Source: Chloroflexota bacterium (GTDB lineage Bacteria; Chloroflexota; UBA11872; VXOZ01). Taken from it: 64,000 nucleotides of DNA. The stretch is from assembly GCA_963662335.2 (NCBI GenBank), contig CAXXVD010000001.1, positions 288,001-352,000 of the forward strand, given 5' to 3'. A program made the position numbers and the translations under genes. The notes beneath the pieces were generated by a model. The model saw only the letters and a list, made by a program, of their open reading frames with translations. It ran no database searches and had not been told where the DNA came from. Numbering within the stretch: position 1 is the first letter of the stretch; every line of letters starts with the position of its first letter. Positions 9,509 through 17,937 of the stretch are shown piece by piece.

Positions 9509-10357
9509 TCACGCGCTCTTCTGCAGCTCCCAGACGATCACGATGGGCAATCCCTTCACCGCGGTCTCAGTTAAATCGGGCATTTGCTCAGCGAATCCCA
9601 TTGTAGCGATCTCTCGATTTCCCCAGAGAGGCTCTCGGCATTGCACGACATCGAGACCTGCATTGCTGAAGGCGGTCAGATAGTCCGCTGCCAGGTGGAC
9701 ATGGTTCTTAACAACCCCGTACTCCGTTTGACTTAGCCGGTAGCCACCATGCACACCGAGCAGCACCATCAGGGTATGAACGTCGGAAATGACGACATGC
9801 CCGCCGGGCCGCACGACCCGCGCTAGCTCTCTTATGGGCGGACCCAGGTCGGCACAGTGGGTCAGCGCAAGAGTGCAGACAGCGCAATCCATCGCCCCAT
9901 CGGGCAGAGGGATATCCAGTAGATCGGCAGTCTCAAACTGCGCTGACGGTACCCTCGCCCTAGCCTTCTCCAACATCTCGGCCGTGGCGTCGATGCCCGT
10001 CACCTGATGGCCCAATGCGGCCAGGTAAGCGGCATGCCTGCCGGTGCCGCAGGCTGCGTCAAGTGCCGCGCCAAGGGGGTACCGCGAGAGTAGCTCGTGC
10101 ACTACCGGCTCTTCGGCGAGAATGATCGGGTTGCGCTCAGTGTCGTAGCCAGCGGCCCATTCGGCATAACCGGCAGTGACGGTACGTTCACCCACAGCGA
10201 TGGGGTTCGACCAGGGAGCATCTTCGTACTCTTCGGAAATCTCTAGAATCTTCTGCGCTCTAGCTCTGACGGTGGCTAGATCCAGCATCCAGGACCGCAG
10301 AATCGCAAGCCCTTGTAACCCCAGGATGAAGTCACCGAATTTGGCTTGGTCGGCCAT
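9509..10357 (-). CDS. Class I SAM-dependent methyltransferase
   Basis: LDAACGTGRH motif I; RVVRPGG. Confidence 0.88.
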   Translation of the reverse strand: MADQAKFGDFILGLQGLAILRSWMLDLATVRARAQKILEISEEYEDAPWSNPIAVGERTVTAGYAEWAAGYDTERNPIILAEEPVVHELLSRYPLGAALDAACGTGRHAAYLAALGHQVTGIDATAEMLEKARARVPSAQFETADLLDIPLPDGAMDCAVCTLALTHCADLGPPIRELARVVRPGGHVVISDVHTLMVLLGVHGGYRLSQTEYGVVKNHVHLAADYLTAFSNAGLDVVQCREPLWGNREIATMGFAEQMPDLTETAVKGLPIVIVWELQKSA

Positions 10358-10402
10358 GGTTGGGTCTCCTTTGGCTAGGGGCGTTCATATTCAACGAAAG
10401 CT

Positions 10403-11116
10403 CTATTCGATTAGGTCTGAGAGCGACCTGATGGTCGTGTCCGGGCGAACTGTGGTCCCATCCGGAAGACCGTTTCCCCGCGCGTCCATCCATACAGCGT
10501 AGATGCCCACCTGCTGCGCGCCGCGTATGTCGTTTTCCAGGTTGTCGCCGACCATCCAAGCTTCGGAGGGCTCTGCCCCCAAAGCTTCAAGTGCGTTTCG
10601 ATAGACTCTCTCGTCCGGCTTGCCGATCCCGTACTCCCCTTCAATCTGAATGTGGTCAAAGAACTCTCCTAAGGAGAATCTCTCAATCTTAGCTCGCTGT
10701 CCTTCAGCGCTGCCGTTCGTGATCAGACCTAAGCGAATGTTTGCCATCCTCAGCCGCTGCAGGGTTTCTATTGCTCCCGAAAACGGTCGCATCGCCTCAT
10801 TCCTGATTTGATTGTAACGCTCACCCATGCGGGTTACGAGCGGCGAATCGGGAATGTCGAACCGAGCAAAGGCACGCAGCAAGATATAGCGCCGAGCCAG
10901 TTGGAGATCGAGACGGCCCCTTCGCGCGCGCTCCACGTCGCTCCAAAACCAGTCCCGGGCTTGAAGCACGGCAGCCTGGAACTCCTCTGCGGGTACGTCT
11001 CCCAGACTGCCGGCAAACTCGCGGCAGAGATGAAGCCATGCCTCATCGGGGCCTATGTACCAGTCCAGAATCGTGTCGTCGAGATCGAGAAGGATTGCTT
11101 TGGGCAGATTATCCAT
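10403..11116 (-). CDS. HAD-superfamily hydrolase
   Basis: DLDDT, LITNG, GKP, VGDNLENDI motifs. Confidence 0.9.
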   Translation of the reverse strand: MDNLPKAILLDLDDTILDWYIGPDEAWLHLCREFAGSLGDVPAEEFQAAVLQARDWFWSDVERARRGRLDLQLARRYILLRAFARFDIPDSPLVTRMGERYNQIRNEAMRPFSGAIETLQRLRMANIRLGLITNGSAEGQRAKIERFSLGEFFDHIQIEGEYGIGKPDERVYRNALEALGAEPSEAWMVGDNLENDIRGAQQVGIYAVWMDARGNGLPDGTTVRPDTTIRSLSDLIE

Positions 11117-11373
11117 GTGGGAGATTATAGTTGCAAAGCCAGGATGAAGCTATAGGAATGGTCGCTCAAGTGCACATTGAGGGCGCGGTGACACGCCACC
11201 TTGGCGTTCGGCTATACTGCACAGAACAGTGTCACTCCAAGCAAGTACGTTTGTGCAACAATGTAGCGTGTTACGCGATGACTAACTGGCGTCTGGCATT
11301 GAATTGCAGCCTGGAGTAGAGCACTTTGCCCGACGGAAGCAGCTTGAAGTAAAGCAAAAGAGGATGATCGAGT

Positions 11374-12282
11374 ATGGCAACCCTAACGTACGATGCCGAA
11401 AGCTGTGTCTACACGTTCGAGACTTCTGAGTTGCAGGGCGCGCTGCGGGCCCACTCGCCGGACCCGCAGGTGGATATTCGGCATGGCATCAGCGATTTGG
11501 CGCACAAGCCGAGCGGGGTGTCCATCATTCATCCCAAGTATTCGGCGCTCAATCTCTTTCGGCTTTTCGCGACGCACTCGGGTCTGGGCGAGCCGCGCCT
11601 CTTCGAGCGGACGGCGAGCGTGGACGGCGACACGCTGACCGTGCATTGGGGCCCGGCTGACGAGCATTTTGCCAGCATTGAGGCGGTCTATCAGGTCAAG
11701 GAGCCGAACCTCATCGACCTGACGATCACGGTGTGCGCGGAAGCCACCTACGAGAGTTACGAAATCTTCCTTTCCAACTACTTCGATCCGCCGCTGCTGG
11801 CGCACGTCTATCTGGCGACGGAACGCTACACCAAGGAACCCGGCGAGGAGGAACTGGTCGCGCCCCAGGAGAACCCGGTCTTCAAGGGCATGGGGCTGGT
11901 GTACACCCGGGACGCCCACGCGGCGCGGCGCTGCGTGGACGGCCGCTGGGAGCGCAAGGAGATGGGGCATCCCACGGCGCAGTTCCGCCCGCAGCGCGAA
12001 TACGCCGCGCCGGTGGCGTTTCAGGCCGATATGGAAGAGCGCGTGGCGGCGGTGCTGATGTCGCGGCCCGCGGACTGCTTTGCCGTCACCAGCGGCTACA
12101 ACACGGACGACCCGGAAGACGCCTGGAAGGCGCAGAACCCGCTCTATCTTTCCCTGTTTGGGAACGATTTCGTGCCGGGCACGGTGCGCACGGCCCACGT
12201 GCGGCTGGCGATCACGGCGCTGGATGACGAGATGTCCCAGCCGCTGGCGCTCTACCGGCAGTTTCTGGCGGACGTGGGTTGA
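11374..12282 (+). CDS. Hypothetical protein (beta-rich, family not recognised)
   Basis: 302-aa ORF, GAGG RBS, G/C-ending codon bias. Confidence 0.7.
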   Translation: MATLTYDAESCVYTFETSELQGALRAHSPDPQVDIRHGISDLAHKPSGVSIIHPKYSALNLFRLFATHSGLGEPRLFERTASVDGDTLTVHWGPADEHFASIEAVYQVKEPNLIDLTITVCAEATYESYEIFLSNYFDPPLLAHVYLATERYTKEPGEEELVAPQENPVFKGMGLVYTRDAHAARRCVDGRWERKEMGHPTAQFRPQREYAAPVAFQADMEERVAAVLMSRPADCFAVTSGYNTDDPEDAWKAQNPLYLSLFGNDFVPGTVRTAHVRLAITALDDEMSQPLALYRQFLADVG

Positions 12283-12326
12283 TAGGGTGAGGGCGTGTCT
12301 GTTGAGGGGCCGTTGATGATCGTCGT

Positions 12327-12438
12327 CCGTTCGCCCTGAGCCTGTCGAAGGGTGCAACCGGCAATGGCGAATCTTGGTACACACCCCTTCCGCTCATGCT
12401 TCGACAAGGGCTTCGCGAAGCCCACTCAGCACGAACGG
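12327..12438. repeat. Palindrome family F (CCGTTC..CTGAGCCTGTCGAAG) inverted pair; single arms also at 50209-50241 and 57754-57786
   Basis: Near-identical CTTCGACA.GCTCAG..CGAACGG arms at three loci. Confidence 0.8.
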
Positions 12439-12466
12439 GAGTGAATAGGGGAAAGGGCTACAGAGC

Positions 12467-13675
12467 ATGAAGAAGCTACGCATCGCCGTAATCGGCGCAG
12501 GCTCCGAACCCGGCGCGCGGGCGCGGGGGTGGATAGAAACCGTGGCGAAACTGACCGACCACTTCGACCTCTGCGCCATTTGCGACATCAACCCGGCGGT
12601 AGCGGAGGAAATCTCCGCGAAACACGGTGTCCGGCAGTCATTCACCAGCGTCGCCGCCACGCTCGATGAAGCCGCGCCGGATCTCGCGCTCATCCTGGTG
12701 CCCACCGACGGACAGTCGGCAGTGGCCGTGGAAGCAGCCAAGCGCGGCATCAACATCATCACCGAAATCCCCTACGGCATCACCCTGGAAGTCGGCGACG
12801 CCATCCGCGACGTGTGCCGGCAGCACGGCGTGGTTTGGGAAATCGCCGAGCAGGTCTGGCTCTGGCCGCAGGAGCAACTCAAGGCCAAGATTGTCGAGTC
12901 CGGCTACATCGGCCCGGTCTCCATGTCCCGCCTCTGGTATGCCAGCGGCGCGTACCACGGCTTCAACGCCGTGCGCATGATCCTGCGCGATTCCGTGCGG
13001 CGCGTGCTGGCCTACGTGACGGAATCGCCGACCGATCAATACCTGACCTACGGCGGCGAGCAGTCAACGACGGTGGTCTGGGAGGCCATGTGGATCGAGT
13101 ACCAACGCGGCGCCATGTGCCTCTACGAGCGCGCGCCGCGGCCGTTCTCCAAGCATTCCCGGCCCAATCACTGGGAAATCGAAGGCGCCAGCGGCCACCT
13201 CGCCGGCCGGGACGTGGTGCTGCTGGCCGGTGAACCCGACCAACCGCAGACGATCCGCGAGCAGTATCTGAACGACGGCGGCGAGCAGGTCTTGGACTAC
13301 GTGTACTTGGACGGCGTCCCCGACTTGCGGTGGGAAAATCCCTACCAGGCGTACCGCGTCGGCAACTTAGACGACGTGGCGAAAGCGGAAATCCTCACGA
13401 GCACGCACCGGGCGATTGCGGATGGCGCGCCCGTGCAGTACGGGCCGGAGGGCGCCCGCGCCGACCTGGAACTCTCCTTCGCCATGGCCGAGAGCCAACG
13501 CCTGGGGAACACCTGGGTGGACGTGCCGCTGCCGGGACCTACGGAGCTTTCGGAGCGCATCGAGCGTCTGTTCGTTGAAACCTACGGCCACGACCCAATC
13601 GCCGGCAGCCGGGAACTGCTCGAGGTGCCGATTGGCCGCAAAGGGGTCTGGTGGCCGGCGGCGCAGTGGCTGTGA
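12467..13675 (+). CDS. Gfo/Idh/MocA family oxidoreductase
   Basis: RIAVIGAG Rossmann start; ITEIP variant of EKP motif. Confidence 0.85.
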   Translation: MKKLRIAVIGAGSEPGARARGWIETVAKLTDHFDLCAICDINPAVAEEISAKHGVRQSFTSVAATLDEAAPDLALILVPTDGQSAVAVEAAKRGINIITEIPYGITLEVGDAIRDVCRQHGVVWEIAEQVWLWPQEQLKAKIVESGYIGPVSMSRLWYASGAYHGFNAVRMILRDSVRRVLAYVTESPTDQYLTYGGEQSTTVVWEAMWIEYQRGAMCLYERAPRPFSKHSRPNHWEIEGASGHLAGRDVVLLAGEPDQPQTIREQYLNDGGEQVLDYVYLDGVPDLRWENPYQAYRVGNLDDVAKAEILTSTHRAIADGAPVQYGPEGARADLELSFAMAESQRLGNTWVDVPLPGPTELSERIERLFVETYGHDPIAGSRELLEVPIGRKGVWWPAAQWL

Positions 13676-13679
13676 TTGC

Positions 13680-13963
13680 GCAGGTTACAAACCCGCGCTA
13701 CCGGAAACGCAGTTGCAAACCTGTGGCGCCTGAGCCGTAAGTTTCAAGTCCGCCCTGCCAAAGACGCAGGTTGCAAACCTGCGCTACCGGAAACGCAGTT
13801 GCAAACCTGTGGCGCCTGAGCCGCAGGCTGCAAATCCGCCCTGCCGAAGACGCAGGTTACAAACCTGCGCTACCGGAAACGCAGTTGCAAACCTGTGGCG
13901 CCTGAGCCGTAAGTTTCAAGTCCGCCCTGCCGAAGACGCAGGTTACAGACCTGCGCTACCGGA
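13680..13963. repeat. Tandem array, 3.3 x 86 bp, each unit containing REP-B (GTAGCGCAGGTTTGCAACCTGC on minus strand)
   Basis: Unit starts 13680, 13766, 13852, 13938. Confidence 0.92.
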
Positions 13964-14000
13964 GGGAGGGTACGGCCGAACGCGGCGCCTCTACAACTAT

Positions 14001-14124
14001 GTCATTCCGAGCGCAGCGAGGAATCTAGGGCGCGCTGCGAAAATGCAATAGTCCGTACCTCCAGCGGCGCCATCGCGTCCCGCACGGTAGACTCCTCACT
14101 CCGCGGCGCTCCGTTCGGAATGAC
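14001..14124. repeat. REP-C inverted doublet (GTCATTCCGAGCGCAGCGAGGAATCT ... reverse complement)
   Basis: Two inverted arms with unique spacer. Confidence 0.9.
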
Positions 14125-14149
14125 AGTCACGTGACGCAGCACACCCACT

Positions 14150-15196
14150 TCAAGCGCCGCTTGGGGCAGACACAGTCTCAGCCGCGAATGCATACTCTTT
14201 AAACTCATTCTCGCAGGGACGCCCCCGCGCGATGAGCATGCGGCGTTCGGCCGGTAACATCACGTAGCCGATTACGGTGTGCATCACCGGCCCGTGCTGG
14301 CAGATTGACGTGGGGTCGGCGTGCGCCCGCGCGATCGCGATCACCTGCTCCAGGGAGTGCGGCTGCTCAGCCGTCAGTTGCGCCAGCAGGTCATAGCGGC
14401 CGTGGCTGTTGGCCATGAAGGTCTCGTTGTTCGCGCGCAGCATGGGCTTCACGTCATCGACCAAGCAATGGTTGGAAGCCCACAGAGCGTGGTCGTCCAG
14501 AGGCCGCACGCCCATGGCGGTCGGCGTGCGTTCGACCACCGCGCCGCTGCCGGCCGCGTCGGTGAACACCAGGTTGTGGCCGTGGGACATGATCGGCGTG
14601 CGCTCGACCAGGGCTAGCGCGCCGTCCACGTCGGCGGGGTACTGCAAGAAGTAGCGCAAGGCGATGTTGGCGGGAATGCCCGCGTCCCAGTCGCTGTCGG
14701 CGTTGGGCAGGCTGCCGCCGCCGTAGGTAAGTCCGGCCTCGTTGACACCGGCGTTCATCCAAACGGTGCCGGCCCACGTGGCGCCGATGAAGTCGCGGCC
14801 GGTCGCGGGATGCGCCTCCAGATAGACGTGGAACTTGAGGGCCTCCAGGCTCACGTCGTTTGACTTGTAGTGCACGACGCCGTGGTCGGGCGTGACCAGC
14901 ACGAAGTTCGTGCACCCTTGCTGCATGCGTCCCAACTCCTGACAGGAGTTGTAGGCCAGCAGGTCGTCGTAAGGCACACCGGCGCCGTCGGCGATGCCGC
15001 GCAATTCTTCCAGCGCCTCCGGGAAAACGGCCCCCAGGTTGCGCTCCACCTGCGCCAGCACCCGCGCCGAGTGCGCCGCCGTGAACCGTCCCTTCGGGAT
15101 TACCATCTCAATAGCCGCGGCCACCAGGTCGCCGAAGGCCTCGCCCTGCTGGCGGCCCATCTCGTACGGCGTCCCGCTCAAGACTACTTTACGCAT
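14150..15196 (-). CDS. Peptidase C45 family (Ntn hydrolase, acyl-CoA:6-APA acyltransferase-like)
   Basis: GTPYEMGRQQG, EELRGIADGAG, GCT nucleophile, GVNEAGL, SNH. Confidence 0.88.
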   Translation of the reverse strand: MRKVVLSGTPYEMGRQQGEAFGDLVAAAIEMVIPKGRFTAAHSARVLAQVERNLGAVFPEALEELRGIADGAGVPYDDLLAYNSCQELGRMQQGCTNFVLVTPDHGVVHYKSNDVSLEALKFHVYLEAHPATGRDFIGATWAGTVWMNAGVNEAGLTYGGGSLPNADSDWDAGIPANIALRYFLQYPADVDGALALVERTPIMSHGHNLVFTDAAGSGAVVERTPTAMGVRPLDDHALWASNHCLVDDVKPMLRANNETFMANSHGRYDLLAQLTAEQPHSLEQVIAIARAHADPTSICQHGPVMHTVIGYVMLPAERRMLIARGRPCENEFKEYAFAAETVSAPSGA

Positions 15197-15267
15197 TGCT
15201 CTGCTCTCCTCGTCTGCAAAATGCTTCGTGCCCTGCCTACGCTTATGTCCACCTCTTTCGCCAAGAG

Positions 15268-15361
15268 GCGGGGGACAAGCCCCCGCGCTACGTTAATGAG
15301 GCAGTATTGGGGGACGAGCCCCCTTGCTACGCCCTAGATTCCTCGCTGCGCTCGGAATGAC
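15268..15361. repeat. Cluster: REP-A (minus), MITE-2 end, interrupted REP-A, solo REP-C arm
   Basis: GCGGGGGACAAGCCCCCGCGCTAC 15268-15291; TIR-like 15292-15309; REP-C arm 15336-15361. Confidence 0.8.
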
Positions 15362-15435
15362 ATAGAAGGTCCACTCCGGCAAGCAAAATCGCGTATCAGT
15401 TTATCCTTCTCTTCGCACGGAATCCAGCCCTGCGG

Positions 15436-16644
15436 CTACGCGACAGCCAGATACGGCGCCAGCGCGTCGCCCAGCAGCGTTTCCAGATGCGGCGTCACGT
15501 TCCAGAACGCTTTCAAGCGCTGGTACTCCTGTGCGGCGGCGCTATCGCCCGGCGCGCGCGACTTCACGGCGCGGATGAGCAGGTTGCGCGTTGTGTGCTC
15601 CGGCGAGACGAACTCCACCACGTCCGCGCGGTAGCCCATGATACGCAGCACGAGGGCGCGGAAAGCGTCGGTGAGGATGTCCGCGGTGCGTTGCTTCAGG
15701 ATGCCGTGCCGCAAGACCGGCTGGAAGTCCGGGTGCCGCACCCGGTCGTGCAACTCGTGTTGGCAGCAGGGGGCCGCCAGAATCACCTGGCCGCCCCAGC
15801 GGATGCCTTGGGCAAGCGCTTCGTCGGTGGCGGTGTCGCAGGCGTGCAGGCTCAGGACAACGTCCGGCGGCGCGTCCGGCGCGAACGCCGCAATCGTCGA
15901 CTCGTGAAACGCCAGGCCCTCCCACTGCAAGGTCTCCCGGAGCCGCCGGCACTTGGCGATGGCTGCCGGGTCCGAGTCAACGCCAATCACCTGCGTGGGG
16001 CGGCCTTGCAGGTGGGCGCAGTAGTGGTACGCGCCAAACGTCAGGTAGGCGCTGCCGCAGCCGGCATCGACAATCGTCAAGGGGCGCTCCGCCGTTTCCG
16101 CGGCCGGCAGCACGTGGCCAAACAATTCTAAGAAGGTATTGACCTGCCGGAACTTGCCGCGCATCCCCGGGCGCACGTTGCCCTCCCGGTCCGTGATGCC
16201 GCACGTCCACAGGAACGTATCCGGCTTGCCCACGGGCAGCAGATGCCGTTTCGTCCGATCATGGGCCAGATCTGGCCGCGCATCCGAGCGCGAGGGCTTG
16301 CCGCGGGAGATCAGCGCCTTGCCCTTCTTGGTCAGACGCACGTGAAGATCGCCGCTGGTCGCTTGCACGTGATACCGGCCAAATGAAGCGGCCAGCACCT
16401 CATCCAATTTGGCCGAGGAGTCCGCGCCGTTGAAATTGCGCGTGTGGCCCTGCTTGCCGTCGAAATAGGTGAATTGCAGCCGGCGCTCGCCCTGGACTGC
16501 CACGGGACGCACCGCCACTTTCCGCCACGGCGGCGCGCCGCCGCGCGCCTGCCCGCTGGCGGTGAACCGGAGGAAGGTCTCTTCCCGCCGCACCGCCGCG
16601 CGTATCGCCGCGCGGTAGTCTTCTTGTGGTGGCTCAACAGACAT
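15436..16644 (-). CDS. SAM-dependent methyltransferase (Methyltransf_32-like)
   Basis: IVDAGCGSAYLTF, SLHACDTATD, APCCQHE motifs; start may be 16680. Confidence 0.88.
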   Translation of the reverse strand: MSVEPPQEDYRAAIRAAVRREETFLRFTASGQARGGAPPWRKVAVRPVAVQGERRLQFTYFDGKQGHTRNFNGADSSAKLDEVLAASFGRYHVQATSGDLHVRLTKKGKALISRGKPSRSDARPDLAHDRTKRHLLPVGKPDTFLWTCGITDREGNVRPGMRGKFRQVNTFLELFGHVLPAAETAERPLTIVDAGCGSAYLTFGAYHYCAHLQGRPTQVIGVDSDPAAIAKCRRLRETLQWEGLAFHESTIAAFAPDAPPDVVLSLHACDTATDEALAQGIRWGGQVILAAPCCQHELHDRVRHPDFQPVLRHGILKQRTADILTDAFRALVLRIMGYRADVVEFVSPEHTTRNLLIRAVKSRAPGDSAAAQEYQRLKAFWNVTPHLETLLGDALAPYLAVA

Positions 16645-16682
16645 GGGTAGGGAAGAATCGCGCCGCACGCGCGGCGCCAAAG

Positions 16683-17339
16683 CTACGGGGCGGTCTCTTC
16701 GAGCGCTTCCGGCGTGCGGTGCGTGCGGATGTACTCCAGGCTGCGGCGGTATTGGTCTTCAGCGATGAGTTGCTTGGACATGTAGAGGTTGAGCATGACC
16801 TCAAGCCGCAGGATTGGATAGAGACTGTACCCGTGGCGCTTCAGGCGCGCCTGGCCGCCCTGATCCCGGTCCACCAGGACAATCGCGTCGCGCACCACCA
16901 GTCCGGCCTCTTCCAGGATTGCGGCGGTTTGTAGAATACTGCCGCCGGAGGTGATCAGGTCGTCGATGATGAGCACGGTCTCGCCGGCCTCATAGCGTCC
17001 TTCGATGCGGTGTTCCCCGCCGGCGCCGCGCGCGTAGATCATAGGGACATTGGTCGCCAGCGAAAAAGCGGTCGCCAGGTGCAGCCCGCCGAACGGCACG
17101 CCCGCCACCAGCGTGAACGGGTGAATCTTCGGATGCCGCATGGCCTGCCCGGAACTGGTCTCCTGCGCGATGAGTTGGGCGGCGGCGCCAAGCGCCCGCG
17201 GATTGCTCACCAGCACCCGGGGATCGATGTAAATTGGCGAATGCACGGTCGTGCGGCCCAGGGTATAGTCGCCAAAGCGCACGCCGCCCAGCCGGAAGAG
17301 ATTCTCCGCCAGCCACAAGTTCGAGACCGGTTGCTCCAC
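16683..17339 (-). CDS. pyrE: Orotate phosphoribosyltransferase
   Basis: SPIYID, LIIDDLITSGGS PRPP loop, LVDR; GTG start with GGGAG RBS. Confidence 0.8.
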   Translation of the reverse strand: MEQPVSNLWLAENLFRLGGVRFGDYTLGRTTVHSPIYIDPRVLVSNPRALGAAAQLIAQETSSGQAMRHPKIHPFTLVAGVPFGGLHLATAFSLATNVPMIYARGAGGEHRIEGRYEAGETVLIIDDLITSGGSILQTAAILEEAGLVVRDAIVLVDRDQGGQARLKRHGYSLYPILRLEVMLNLYMSKQLIAEDQYRRSLEYIRTHRTPEALEETAP

Positions 17340-17498
17340 GCTACTCCCTTTCCCGTGGCTACCGTTGGTGTCGGACACACTATTATCCGATAGGGGCGAT
17401 TGGAATGTCAATTGGGCGGCAAGACGGCGCGAGAACATGCGACCGTAGCCTCAGTGGGCAAGCGAGACGCTCCACTTCGACTCTCGCCCAAGCCGGCT

Positions 17499-17690
17499 CC
17501 TCAATCCGTCATCCATATCCTCAATCCGTCATCCGGAGCCTCAACCTGTTATCCGGATCCTCGAGCTGTCATTCTGAGGAGCGCAGCGACGAAGAATCTA
17601 GAGCGCAGTGACGAAGTATCTCTATCGAAACAGAGCGACAGAGTATCTCAAGCTCCGCGACTCCAGATTCCTCGCTGCGCTCGGAATGAC
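17499..17690. repeat. Degenerate 20-bp tandem repeats running into a REP-C doublet (17568-17690)
   Basis: cctcaatccgtcatcc.... units at 17499, 17519, 17539, 17559. Confidence 0.8.
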
Positions 17691-17724
17691 AGTCACGCAC
17701 GTCGCGCAGATGCCACGAACGCAC

Positions 17725-17797
17725 AGCCAGCGTAGAGGCCAAGCCAACATAGAGGTCGAGCCAGCGTAGAGGTCAAGCCAACGTAGAGGTCAAGCCA
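17725..17797. repeat. 17-bp tandem repeat x4.3 (AGCCARCGTAGAGGTCA)
   Basis: Units at 17725, 17742, 17759, 17776, partial 17793. Confidence 0.9.
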
Positions 17798-17937
17798 CCG
17801 AACGTTGATTCCATCGCTTGGCTGATTTCTTCGCTCGTCCCGCTTGTGCGTACGTGTATATCGTGGTATAGTATGTAGCCGCTATTGGGAACAATTCGCA
17901 ATATACACGTAGGCGCAGCTAGCGAGCGAGGCAGGGC

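Noticed and set aside
13680-13963. Possible CRISPR array
   Set aside because: Inter-repeat sequences are near-identical rather than unique spacers; no cas genes; same for 57522-57717
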